Of a stretch of 29,651 nucleotides of DNA, positions 18,513 to 27,894 are shown one piece after another (within the stretch, counting starts at the first letter, position 1; each line of letters starts with the position of its first letter). Below the pieces are notes generated by a model. It saw only the letters and a list, made by a program, of their open reading frames with translations. It was not told where the DNA came from and ran no database searches. A program made the position numbers and the translations under genes. Origin of the DNA: a virus (Duplodnaviria > Caudoviricetes); the IMG/VR virus record IMGVR_UViG_3300028588_000786, positions 1-29,651 of that record, one strand, 5' to 3'.

Positions 18513-20528
18513 CTACCCCAACTTCACTAATTCTACCTTGGTGGGTTGCCCTTTGCGCCAACTGTCTATTTTGTTAATGTAGTAGTAAGCGCCGTCCTGT
18601 TGCAGGTAAATGGGGATGAGCAGGTCAAGTTCTAAAACATCGCGGGGGGTGAGCATAAACCAGCGCACTACCTTTTTGGTTTGTTTGAGGATGCGTTCGA
18701 GTTCAGGGTAGTATTGCTGGCGTAAGTTTTCGAACAATAAACTATGCTGGGCACCACTTTTATGAAAGTATGGTGTGCAAATAGCATAGTTGTTAATTTG
18801 AGACTGGCCGGAGCCGTCGGTAAATTTGATGCTTCGATTATTTTGCAGCAGGCTAACCATATCGTGTATTAGTAACCTGGGTTGTGTGCTTATGCTAAAA
18901 TCAGTGGCGTTGCCATCTGTAGTGATATCAACCTTTTTTATTTGCGCAATGCTGCCGCCAATATATGGCCTGTTAAGCGTAGGTGCAAAAATGCTTTCAA
19001 ACAAAGTTCCGTTGGCCGGTAAGGTTTTGTCGGCTACGTTTATTTGTCCGTTGGCCATATCTTTAGGTAATACGTTATCATCTTCCTTGTATTTCAGATA
19101 GTTAATTTGCGCATAACCACCTAATTGAAACGTAACAGTTTTGCCCTGGTTAAGGCAACGCGTGGTCCAGTCTTTGGCCATCGGTATGTTATTTACAATA
19201 TCCCGAAAAGAAGATAGTGTGATCATACGACGGCCGCTATCGGTTTGGCAAATAATGCCGAAGCGTTGCAGGGTATCTTTAAGCAGGTCTTTCTGACTAA
19301 TGTCGGGTAAAATACGTTCACATTGCACCTGCTGACCAAGTAAAACATTTCCTTGCTTTTCGGTAACTGTTAGTGTGGCGCCTGCATATATTTGAAAGTA
19401 TACATTCTTTTTTAAATTCTGGTCAATATCGTAACACACTTTAATTACCTGCCCAACCAGCAGGTTATGCGAGGTGCTTATTTTTTGATTACTATATGTT
19501 TTACTGAACTTGCCATTTATCCTTTCAATATCGTCGGAAGCATAACGGTTACTCACCAGTACATTGGTTTGCCCGGTTCGGGGGTCATAGGCTTTAATAG
19601 ATATGTTAACCGCACCGTCGGTTTTATCTGAATAAAAGTATAAGGTAAAGTCAACAATAACATCAACTTCCATATCGGTCCGGGCCGTGTAATAACTCGA
19701 TCCCGCATTATAGTTACTCGAACTGCCTTTTACAAGCTGATAAAATTTTAAGTCTTCATTGGCGCCGTTTTTTTTGTACTCGTAACCCTGGTTACTTGTA
19801 CTTTGTGCCGTAACAGAGAAGCCACTGCTACTGGCGTCGTAGCTAATGCCGTGCTCAAAATTATCGTTAGCAAACTGAATAATCAGTTTATTATACAGGT
19901 CTTGTTTTAATAAAAAGCTTTCGGGATTAATGGTATAGCCGGTGGGCTGTAACATAAGGCCGATAGCGGTTTTTAAAAAAAATCCAGGTCGCAGGTACCT
20001 GATATCAATCTCAGGAGTTCCGCCAAAATCTTCGGGTATACGGCCATAATCAACTACCGGCCAAATCCAGCCCTCGGTTCTGAACTGGGAACTAACTACG
20101 TTATCCAGCGTCCAGGTGTGGTCATAATTGCGCCAGGCAGCATTATAAAAAGGGATGGCGCTATCGCCTGCATCGTAAATTTTACCATCAATAGATTCAA
20201 AAAAATCTACATTGCCCGATAGTACGGTTATGCTGGCTGTATCTTGCTCTACGGTGTTAAGTTCTGCAATGCCATAAGGGATGATCTCCATACCGTCCTG
20301 CACCAGTTTAGCCGTGTATTGCTGATAGGGTTCAAGGCTGGTGAACGCCACCTCATCAGGAAAGCCTAATATTTGCCGGTTGCGCTGCGTGAGGGGCAGC
20401 TTAAACTGGTTGCTGGTATTGCCCTGCTGGTTCTTTACCTCGGCCAGGTTATTAATCTGGAAGGTAAGCGCTATGGGGCTGTCGTCGGTTAAATCGACCA
20501 GGGTATCGTTGAGGAAGAGTTGAAGCAT
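18513..20528 (-). CDS. Tail tip / baseplate hub-like minor tail protein
   Basis: 671 aa; 'LFLNDTLVDL...LTFQINNLAEV..QQGNTSNQFKLPLT..NRQILGF' N-terminus and 'YYYINKIDSW...TKVELVKL' C-terminus resemble Bacteroidota siphovirus tail proteins. Confidence 0.72.
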   Translation of the reverse strand: MLQLFLNDTLVDLTDDSPIALTFQINNLAEVKNQQGNTSNQFKLPLTQRNRQILGFPDEVAFTSLEPYQQYTAKLVQDGMEIIPYGIAELNTVEQDTASITVLSGNVDFFESIDGKIYDAGDSAIPFYNAAWRNYDHTWTLDNVVSSQFRTEGWIWPVVDYGRIPEDFGGTPEIDIRYLRPGFFLKTAIGLMLQPTGYTINPESFLLKQDLYNKLIIQFANDNFEHGISYDASSSGFSVTAQSTSNQGYEYKKNGANEDLKFYQLVKGSSSNYNAGSSYYTARTDMEVDVIVDFTLYFYSDKTDGAVNISIKAYDPRTGQTNVLVSNRYASDDIERINGKFSKTYSNQKISTSHNLLVGQVIKVCYDIDQNLKKNVYFQIYAGATLTVTEKQGNVLLGQQVQCERILPDISQKDLLKDTLQRFGIICQTDSGRRMITLSSFRDIVNNIPMAKDWTTRCLNQGKTVTFQLGGYAQINYLKYKEDDNVLPKDMANGQINVADKTLPANGTLFESIFAPTLNRPYIGGSIAQIKKVDITTDGNATDFSISTQPRLLIHDMVSLLQNNRSIKFTDGSGQSQINNYAICTPYFHKSGAQHSLLFENLRQQYYPELERILKQTKKVVRWFMLTPRDVLELDLLIPIYLQQDGAYYYINKIDSWRKGQPTKVELVKLG

Positions 20529-20547
20529 GTTTATGGTTACGGGTTTT

Positions 20548-20720
20548 GAGGTGCGAGGAGCGGGAAGTTGGTTGCGGGGTTTTTGGTTGCGAGGTGCGAG
20601 GAAGTTGATTGCGACTTAATTGGTTGCTAGGTGCGGGGGAAGTCAGTTACAGGGATCAGGTATTGAGTTACTGATAGTCTTCCCGCAACCTTAAACCTCG
20701 TACCTCGCAACCAAAACCTC
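20548..20720. repeat. Heptamer-tandem inverted repeat (GCGAGGT/CCTCGCA family)
   Basis: ggttgcgaggtgcgagg ... cctcgtacctcgcaacc; related tracts at 14092-14170, 24808-24840 and 27146-27170. Confidence 0.75.
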
Positions 20721-20728
20721 ACCGCCCC

Positions 20729-22906
20729 TTACTGCGTTTGGATATTCAAGCCCGGCAGGTTAAAGGTAATGCTGAAGGGGGCCTGGCCGTTGCGGGTTTC
20801 GTACTCGGCAAAGGTGGCGGTGTTGAGCACTACGGTTTGCCATTTTACAGGATTGTTGCTCACCAGCATTTGTACTTTGGGTGAGTATTTGATGGATTGC
20901 AGCCCCTTAATATCTGCTACCGAAAGATCTTCGGCCATAACTTTCATTTTAACGCCGGCGCTTTTGCTAATTACGTCTTCCATGGCATCCTGGTTGGCCC
21001 AATCAAGAATGTGATTTTTAACGATCACGGCGTTCTGTACGTCGAGCGTGACTTCCTGGTTATGTACAAAGCGATAATAGTTCCACGAGCCTGTGAGGCC
21101 TATCCAGCGCAGGTAAACAGACTGGTCGTTGCCGGCACTATCTACCCGTATGGTTTGTGTTTGGGTAATAGTGCGTATGGTATTCCCGGAATCGGCATAT
21201 TTAAGTTCAAGGTTGAAGTAATGTACGCGGCTGCTAAAGGCGGTATTAATACGAAGGCGGTTCTGGCCAATGTGCCGGGCGATGCTTTGGGTAATGGGCT
21301 GGTTAGTAATCGGCTGCCGGAAGATCACCAGTTTGCTATTATCCTGGTTGAGCAAAAATGAGTTGTCTTCGTTAAGCAGGTAGGTTGTTTCCACGCTATC
21401 GGGTAAAGGGCGGCGGTTAATATCCAGCGGAGTAATTTCGCAATATACATTCAGGCCGGCCAGGTCTTCGCTATAAATAAATCCAACATCAAACGGGTAG
21501 CCTGCGCTGTAGGCTGGTTCGGCAAAGTCGGTAACCCAACGGGCGCGCTTACTGGCACCGTCCACAGTTTTGAAAGGCACAAAGGCCGCCATGTTGCCGC
21601 CATGCTCATCGCCCAACTGGCGGGCAGCATACAGCACGTAATAGGGTTTAGGTATGTTGATGTAAATAGGTGCGGTGTCGTTCCCATCGGTATTTTGCCA
21701 AACTTCGGCATAACTGATGGTGTAGCTGGCGCTCAGGTTGTCGTCGCGGAAGTTTACCTGGGTGTTGTCGCTATCATCTTTTGCCCTGAGCAGGCTTTGT
21801 AAAAAGCTGGAGATATCGGCTTTAATGATTCCGCTGTTGTTAGGCCTGTGGGTAGCCTTAATGGTTTGCTGCTGCCCCGTAAGCTTATCCTGGTAAGTAA
21901 TTTGGGTGCTTATATAGTAGTAAGGTCGTAGCTTATTAATGTTAATAAAACCTCCGTTTGCCTGGCCCGCTATGTAAGGTGCGTCAATAGTAATAGCACT
22001 GCTATTTAGGCTGACACTTATAATTTTAAAAACGCCATTGTACACTCCGGCATTAATGTACACCAGGTCATCTGTAGCTACGGTAGCTATGCCGTTGCTC
22101 AATGCGCCGTTAATTACAAATGTTGCCTTTTGCCCGGCACCGGCATCAATGTTAGAAACACCAAAATCGCGCCGTTGGTAAGTAAAAACTACTGGGTTGA
22201 ATGCAGCGCTCCAACGGCCAATGTTGCCGCTGCCCAGGTCGACTGTTGGGTCGGCCACAAGTAAGCCTGATACCGTGGGTAAAGTAAATGTTTGATTTGC
22301 CGGGCAGCCGCTTGCGTCTCTGATATAAGCTGTATAGCCTCCACCGCTTAAGTTGGTAAAGGTGGGCGACAGTTGGTAGGCACCCTCATTAAGTTTGTAT
22401 TCAATTGGCCCCGAACTGGCTGTTGCATGAACAGTTACCTGCCCATCTTTACTGCCGGTATTGCTCTCCTTTTTGTCGATAGTAATATTGCTAATGGCAG
22501 CATCACAAATGCCCGGTGGTACGTAAGTGCCGTTGTTTTCAATAACATTGCCAACCAGGCGAACATCAAAAGTGTAAGTGCCATCAGCGGTAGATTCATA
22601 AATCAATCTATCTTCATAAAGGGTTTGAGTAAGGCCTATCAAGGTTGCTGTTAGTACTTGGCCAGGTTCGCCATTTTCATATTCCTGGTAATCTACAGTA
22701 TCATAAGTCCCGATTGCTCTGGCACCTGTTTCATCGGTTAATTCAATATATATTTTGGCAAACCTGCGGTAGCCCGATGCTGTTGACCGGTTTAAATCGT
22801 CAATACTGTTTATGAAATTGCTTTCACTAAATGTAGTTGGCAAATTAGGCTCAACGGTTGGTTTTTCTGTCCGGTAACGGTATTTTATTTCAGCATATTT
22901 AGCCAT
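20729..22906 (-). CDS. Minor/distal tail protein containing an SprB-like repeat
   Basis: C-terminal 'VYLRWIGLTGSWNYYRF...LQSIKYSPKVQM'; internal 'DGQVTVHAT..SGPIEYKLN...FTNLSGGGYTAYIRDASGC'. Confidence 0.68.
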   Translation of the reverse strand: MAKYAEIKYRYRTEKPTVEPNLPTTFSESNFINSIDDLNRSTASGYRRFAKIYIELTDETGARAIGTYDTVDYQEYENGEPGQVLTATLIGLTQTLYEDRLIYESTADGTYTFDVRLVGNVIENNGTYVPPGICDAAISNITIDKKESNTGSKDGQVTVHATASSGPIEYKLNEGAYQLSPTFTNLSGGGYTAYIRDASGCPANQTFTLPTVSGLLVADPTVDLGSGNIGRWSAAFNPVVFTYQRRDFGVSNIDAGAGQKATFVINGALSNGIATVATDDLVYINAGVYNGVFKIISVSLNSSAITIDAPYIAGQANGGFININKLRPYYYISTQITYQDKLTGQQQTIKATHRPNNSGIIKADISSFLQSLLRAKDDSDNTQVNFRDDNLSASYTISYAEVWQNTDGNDTAPIYINIPKPYYVLYAARQLGDEHGGNMAAFVPFKTVDGASKRARWVTDFAEPAYSAGYPFDVGFIYSEDLAGLNVYCEITPLDINRRPLPDSVETTYLLNEDNSFLLNQDNSKLVIFRQPITNQPITQSIARHIGQNRLRINTAFSSRVHYFNLELKYADSGNTIRTITQTQTIRVDSAGNDQSVYLRWIGLTGSWNYYRFVHNQEVTLDVQNAVIVKNHILDWANQDAMEDVISKSAGVKMKVMAEDLSVADIKGLQSIKYSPKVQMLVSNNPVKWQTVVLNTATFAEYETRNGQAPFSITFNLPGLNIQTQ

Positions 22907-22942
22907 AGGGTAGGGGGGAGGTAAGGGGTTTTTAAAGTGATT

Positions 22943-23395
22943 TTAATTATAGTTTTCGAACCCCATGTTTTGCAGTGTAATTGTTAAGCCAACACCAGTT
23001 GTGTTCACATCATACTTGTTGTAAACCGGCAAGCATTTGGCTTTGCTGCCTGCAGTTATTTTGAAGATCCGTGCGGGTTCAGCAGCCGTATAACGCGAGG
23101 CTTTTACCAGGAACTCGTTGGCTAAATACAGGGCCTTGCTAACGTGAGTTTCGTTATTGGCAGTGTATTGATCAAAGTTGGTTTTAAATAAAAATTCGAG
23201 ATAAACTGTGAAGGTGTTATGGACCGATCCATTGATAGCCGGCAGTAATTCTATGGCTTGCAGTGGATACATAAATACACACGGAAAAGCTTCATCATCT
23301 GCCAATAGATTTAATTCATTAGCTGTACCGTAAATGAATCCGGGTGTGCCCGATAGTTTTTGAGTGATGTTATAAATGTGATTGCGGATAGGCAT
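22943..23395 (-). CDS. Putative tail completion/terminator protein
   Basis: 150 aa in the tail block with 'FPCVF' motif; assignment rests mainly on size and position. Confidence 0.45.
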   Translation of the reverse strand: MPIRNHIYNITQKLSGTPGFIYGTANELNLLADDEAFPCVFMYPLQAIELLPAINGSVHNTFTVYLEFLFKTNFDQYTANNETHVSKALYLANEFLVKASRYTAAEPARIFKITAGSKAKCLPVYNKYDVNTTGVGLTITLQNMGFENYN

Positions 23396-23614
23396 ATAAT
23401 TGATAAGTGAATTGGTGATGGTTGGGTTTTTGAATGAAAGATTGCATATTACTTTTAGTTATATCAAGCCGAAGTTGCCATGTCTATTAGAATTTCGTTG
23501 GAATAAACAATGTAAGCAAATGACCTTAATAAAGACTTTAGTATTTTTACATATAGCAGAGATTTTGAGTTAAGTATAGTATTTAGCTAAAGTAACTTTA
23601 GATAGCTTGAATAC

Positions 23615-23881
23615 TTATTTTTGCGCCTGTAATAATTCGGCATAACGCTTTTGAAAAGCCGACTCCGTTTTGTTTAGCAGTAACTTGGTGAGCACCCTAT
23701 TGTATGGTAAGTTTAGAATAATCTGCCATTTGGTTACATCGCCTCCGGCCAATGCGTTCACCGTATTAATGTACCTAAACGGTTCAAAATCTTTAATGCC
23801 CGCCCGCTGTTCCAACGCTGAAACAGGCGATGCCAGAAGCCGGTTTTCGGCTTCAATAAGTTTGGATAGTTCAAAAAAAAA
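23615..23881 (-). CDS. -1 frameshift extension of tail assembly chaperone (gpGT-like)
   Basis: The -1 frame is open from 23902 (after TGA at 23903-23905) through the T9 run at 23873-23881 to the stop at 23615; no ATG start. Confidence 0.7.
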   Translation of the reverse strand, partial: FFFELSKLIEAENRLLASPVSALEQRAGIKDFEPFRYINTVNALAGGDVTKWQIILNLPYNRVLTKLLLNKTESAFQKRYAELLQAQK

Positions 23882-24459
23882 TAGCGTGCAATAGGCAATA
23901 CGTCAGTAACCGGCAAGCGTTCTACCTCACTTGTAAATTCAGCAGCTAACTCTTCATCGTACGGCTTTTCGGTTACCTTGCTATAAAAATAATGTGCCAA
24001 AACCTGGCTACAGGTTTGCAATGAAGGGTTAAAATTTTGCTGCCAGTTTTCGTCGCCATGTAAGGCAATATGCTTGCTGATCTCCTCGGCAATAATATCT
24101 CTCGAAGCCATAAAAGCACCAGCCGGTTCAACCGATAAATTTTTCATCACTTTTACTTTTTGAAGCTTTCCGTCAATTGCAAATATTACGGTTTGAGGGA
24201 TAGCTTCACTGTTGTAAAGTTCTTTAATTTCATGAGCCAGCATCAATACCTGTTGGTTAAAAACCTGCAGCTCGCTAAAGCTTTTTACCTGCTGCAATTC
24301 CTGCAACGGCACCCCCGAAAGTATTTGAATAGCCTGCAGATCGTCCAGCTTTTCGGCCGCCTGCATGGCCATTAATTGTCCCAGTTGAAGCTCGTGCAAA
24401 GTGGTGGGAATGCTAACGTTTAATTTACCGGTTAAGGTTTGAAGTGTTTTTTGAATCAT
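23758..24459 (-). CDS. Tail assembly chaperone (gpG-like)
   Basis: 233 aa; contains TAT TTT TTT TTG (YFFL) slippery site near the 3' end, overlapped by a -1 frame ORF. Confidence 0.65.
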   Translation of the reverse strand: MIQKTLQTLTGKLNVSIPTTLHELQLGQLMAMQAAEKLDDLQAIQILSGVPLQELQQVKSFSELQVFNQQVLMLAHEIKELYNSEAIPQTVIFAIDGKLQKVKVMKNLSVEPAGAFMASRDIIAEEISKHIALHGDENWQQNFNPSLQTCSQVLAHYFYSKVTEKPYDEELAAEFTSEVERLPVTDVLPIARYFFLNYPNLLKPKTGFWHRLFQRWNSGRALKILNRLGTLIR

Positions 24460-24599
24460 CGGGTTGGGTTCATTAGTTCAATTGTTCATTGGTGAACGTC
24501 GGGTCAGAATTTTAAGTCCTCCTTTCCGGGGAGGGTTTGGTAAGGCTCTTCTTTGTCATCTCCCGGCTTCGGGTGAAAGCGGGGGCTGCAGGTGATGGC

Positions 24600-24745
24600 C
24601 TGTTTGTTTTTAGAGATGAGCGGAAAGCTGGCAAAAAAGCGGGCCGGGTGTATGGCCTGTGCAGATGAAGCTTTTTTTTGCCTTGTCTTTTTGGATAATT
24701 TTGTGACTAAGACAAAAGTATCTGGCCACTGCGGCCAAGAGCAGA
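24600..24745. repeat. Dispersed host repeat / MITE-like element between terL and chaperone
   Basis: Minus strand 'acttttgtcttagtcacaaaattatccaaaaagacaagg...aagcttc...ggccatacacccggcccgcttttttgccag' with several short hairpins in a noncoding gap of about 390 bp; family recognised from memory only. Confidence 0.4.
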
Positions 24746-24846
24746 CGAAGTAAGTTTATCAGCACTAACTAAAGTTAATTACTCACTTACTTTTCTACAC
24801 AAAAATACCCCGCTCCCCGCAACAAAAATCCCCGCAACTTTTCCCT

Positions 24847-26055
24847 CTACATCATCCCCATTCCCTCATCGCCCCAAACCGCTTGAGGTTTCCAGGGCAG
24901 GCGCGAACGGGTTTGGCCGGTGCTGCTTATCTGCAGTTTGTTGAGGGCCACGTAGCGCAGTGGATCTATGAGGTGGTTCCAACTGTCGGTAGGTACGTTG
25001 AGCGGATTGCCCGATGGATCTACCTTCCATTGGTAGCGGTCGAGCTCTTTGCGCAAATTGGTGCTGCGGCGTGTTACGTTAATGCGGTAGCGGCGTAAAA
25101 TGTCTATCGATAGTTTAATGCTGTCGTTTCCTTTCCTGGCCGGTACTATGTTCCAGCCCAGTCGCCGCAGTTCTTCTATCGATTTAGGTTCGGCACTGTC
25201 GGCCACCATTTCGGTGTTCTTGCTCATACCCATGGCTGCCATGCGCATGTGGAGGTCGGTGTTGGTGAGCTGGGTTTCGTACAGTAGCTCGTTCACCCAT
25301 AGTTCACCGTTTTGCAAGTAGACCTCTAGCAGGCCTGTTTCATCATTACTGAAGCCAAAATCGAGCCCGTAGGCAATGCGTTTGGCTTGATGCGGGATTT
25401 CTTCGCACAGTAACCAGTTGCTGAGCACCACGCCCCTTATTTTGCCGGTTAAGCCACGGGCGTATACCTTCCATTGCTCTTCGTCCTCATGACGTACCTT
25501 CTCTATTTTTTCGCGAATGGCATCCTCCAAAAAAGGGTTATGCCGGTGGTCGGAGATCAGCAGTTGTACACCCTCGTGGCCTATCAGTTTGTCGTGCACC
25601 CAAAATGATGCGTTGGGGTTATAGTCTATAAAAATTCGCTTGCGGGTACGTAAGGCCAGTTCCGTGTAAATGGCATAGGTAATACCGTTGGCTTCGTTCA
25701 CAAAAAGGTAATCGCGCTTACCGCTTTTGGCATCCTGGGCATCGTCGTAACTTTTAAATTCGAGCAAAGATCCGTTATGAAACTCATAAATGCGGTCCGA
25801 CTTGTTAAACGACCTGATCATGCTTTGCAATGCTACCGAACTGCTTACAATGCTTTGTGCATCGCGCATGGCCCCTGCTTTAAGGTTGGGTATATCCTGA
25901 CTTACCACCGTAATTACCACTTTAGGCTGCTGGCAAGCCAGTGTAAACAGCACCTGCTCTATAGCATAGGTTTTTCCCGAACTGGTGCCGCCCTGGTTAA
26001 CCACCACCTGCGCTGTAGCATTGTAATTGTGTTTAAAGAGTACAGAGGTTTGCAT
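24847..26055 (-). CDS. terL: Terminase large subunit, PBSX/SPP1-like
   Basis: Walker A 'QGGTSSGKT', Walker B 'YLFVNEA', 'DYNP', nuclease 'GLDFGFSND', 'ADSAEPKSI', 'NHLIDPLRY'. Confidence 0.95.
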   Translation of the reverse strand: MQTSVLFKHNYNATAQVVVNQGGTSSGKTYAIEQVLFTLACQQPKVVITVVSQDIPNLKAGAMRDAQSIVSSSVALQSMIRSFNKSDRIYEFHNGSLLEFKSYDDAQDAKSGKRDYLFVNEANGITYAIYTELALRTRKRIFIDYNPNASFWVHDKLIGHEGVQLLISDHRHNPFLEDAIREKIEKVRHEDEEQWKVYARGLTGKIRGVVLSNWLLCEEIPHQAKRIAYGLDFGFSNDETGLLEVYLQNGELWVNELLYETQLTNTDLHMRMAAMGMSKNTEMVADSAEPKSIEELRRLGWNIVPARKGNDSIKLSIDILRRYRINVTRRSTNLRKELDRYQWKVDPSGNPLNVPTDSWNHLIDPLRYVALNKLQISSTGQTRSRLPWKPQAVWGDEGMGMM

Positions 26056-26063
26056 GTTCTTCG

Positions 26064-26169
26064 GGTATCAAGTAGCTGATTTGGTATCAAGTAGCAAGTG
26101 TTTTAGTATCAAGAAAAAGGTTTGTATGGCAACTAAGGTCTTGCTACTTGCTACTAAATACTTGCTACC
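26064..26169. repeat. Heptamer-tandem inverted repeat (same family)
   Basis: ggtatcaagtagc...ggtatcaagtagcaagt ... cttgctacttgctactaaatacttgctacc between terS and terL. Confidence 0.8.
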
Positions 26170-26664
26170 TTAAAGAGCCACTTCCTGTTCACAGGTGGCG
26201 GGGGTGGGTCCTGTTTCCAGGATTTCTATTTTGATGCTTACATCGCTTGCAGGTGCCTCACCGGTTGGTTTTTCCAGCCAGCCTAAACTTTTTAGGGCAA
26301 AGATGGCCCCGGTAGCGGGTTGCTGGTGCAGCATTTTTTCGTATTCGGTTTCAATTTGCAGCCGGGCACGTTTGAGTATAGAAGCGAAGCGGCCGTTTTT
26401 TTCGTAAGCTTCAAAGGCTTGTAAGCTATCGAAGCCCAGGTGCAGGGCCATGCCGCTTAATGTAGGTGGCTGCGGCTCACGGTCCCAAATTTTTTGATCA
26501 CGCATTTCGGGCGGACTTTTAGCCGTAGGTTTAAAGGGGAGGCATTCGGTATGATGCTCGCCTTCTATCCACTTAAAGTAGTTGGCTATGCAATGGTTGA
26601 TGTGTTCAACCTTGGTAAATAAAGTGTACTTGTTCTTCATTATGATAAGAGTGCCGGTTGGCAT
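26170..26664 (-). CDS. terS: Terminase small subunit, P22 gp3-like
   Basis: 'PPTLSGMALHLGF...RARLQIETEYE...TGAIFALKSLGW'; directly upstream of terL; start at 26664 or 26640 more plausible than 26718. Confidence 0.85.
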   Translation of the reverse strand: MPTGTLIIMKNKYTLFTKVEHINHCIANYFKWIEGEHHTECLPFKPTAKSPPEMRDQKIWDREPQPPTLSGMALHLGFDSLQAFEAYEKNGRFASILKRARLQIETEYEKMLHQQPATGAIFALKSLGWLEKPTGEAPASDVSIKIEILETGPTPATCEQEVAL

Positions 26665-26805
26665 AAGGAGAATGTAAAAGTAGGCAAAATAATTGAGAAA
26701 TGCAAATATTATTAGCAATTTGTTTAAAGGGTTTTTGCTGGTTTACTGAAAATAGTGATAGTCATATTATCTATTTAATTATCAATTCCGCATCTTTGCA
26801 GCACT

Positions 26806-27141
26806 ATGAGACCCGGAGATAAAGTAATTTGCATTAACGATAAAATAGACGCCGATAAAGCCGAAGAAATACGCCGCGACTTTGAAATCTGGATTACTAA
26901 AGATCAGGAGTATACCCTTCGCGAGATCCTTGATAATAACGGTATTGTAACCGGTGTTTTATTGGAAGAGGTTCATAACTTCCCTAAGTTTTTCAACCTT
27001 ATTAACCGCTACCAGGAACCGGCCTTTGCTATCTGGCGTTTCCGTAAGCTGAACTACGCCACCGCGCAGCAAGCTGAGGAGCATACCGAAGAACTCGTTG
27101 AAGTAGGCCGCCCCGCTAAAGAAGAGGAAGGCCAGTTTTAA
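26806..27141 (+). CDS. Hypothetical protein (host-like)
   Basis: 111 aa, 'MRPGDKVICIND'; CATCTTTG -7-like promoter motif at 26791-26798 just upstream. Confidence 0.8.
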   Translation: MRPGDKVICINDKIDADKAEEIRRDFEIWITKDQEYTLREILDNNGIVTGVLLEEVHNFPKFFNLINRYQEPAFAIWRFRKLNYATAQQAEEHTEELVEVGRPAKEEEGQF

Positions 27142-27219
27142 TTTCGGTTGCGAGGATTGAGGTGCGAGGATAGGGGAAGATAGAAAATTTAGTCTAAAAT
27201 ATTGCTTGAAAAAACTTGT

Positions 27220-27312
27220 TGTCATCTCAAACGATAGTGAGAGATCTTTTGGAATTGACAAGTTGTACACTTATCGCCCTCGAAAAGATTTCTCGTTATC
27301 ACTCGAAATGAC
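27220..27312. repeat. REP-like imperfect inverted repeat
   Basis: Arms tgtcatctcaaacgatagtgagagatctttt and aaaagatttctcgttatcactcgaaatgaca; the differences between arms are transitions. Confidence 0.75.
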
Positions 27313-27372
27313 AGGATTAATTTAGCACTGTAACATAAACCAACAAATAACTTTTCCTCACAGACCACAGAC

Positions 27373-27894
27373 ATGATCATTCGCCAAGCTACTTTACAAG
27401 ATATAAACCCTATAATGCAACTCATTGCAGAGGTATTGCCTATAATGCAGGCTACCGGCAATTTGCAGTGGGATGATACCTATCCTAATGCAGCAGTTTA
27501 TACCAGCGATGTAGAGGCAGGGCAACTTTGGGTTGCCGATGTGGACGGTATGGTGGCCGGTGTTATAGCAGTTATTGTGAATGAGCAGGAGCCTGAATAC
27601 GCGCAGGTGCAGGGTTGGGATATCACCGAACCTTGTATAGTGGCGCACCGTTTAGCGGTTAGTCCGCATATGCAGGGGAAGGGCATTGCCGCCCAGCTGT
27701 TGAAACAATGCGAGGTGGTAGCCATAGAAAACAGCATCAACTTAGTGCGGTTAGATACCAATACAGTTAACCGGCCAATGCAAAACCTTTTCCTGAAACT
27801 GGGTTATAACCTGGGTGGTGAAATTACCTTGAACAAACGTCCCGGCCTAACCTTCATGGCTTTCGAAAAACGGCTGGATCTCCAAAACGCTTAA
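27373..27894 (+). CDS. GNAT family N-acetyltransferase
   Basis: 'HRLAVSPHMQGKGIA' acetyl-CoA motif A; 'RLDTNTVNRPMQNLFLKLGY'. Confidence 0.93.
   Translation: MIIRQATLQDINPIMQLIAEVLPIMQATGNLQWDDTYPNAAVYTSDVEAGQLWVADVDGMVAGVIAVIVNEQEPEYAQVQGWDITEPCIVAHRLAVSPHMQGKGIAAQLLKQCEVVAIENSINLVRLDTNTVNRPMQNLFLKLGYNLGGEITLNKRPGLTFMAFEKRLDLQNA

Noticed and set aside
838-26664. Tailocin or contractile injection system
   Set aside because: Capsid, portal, protease and terminase are present, and no sheath or contractile baseplate genes are recognisable
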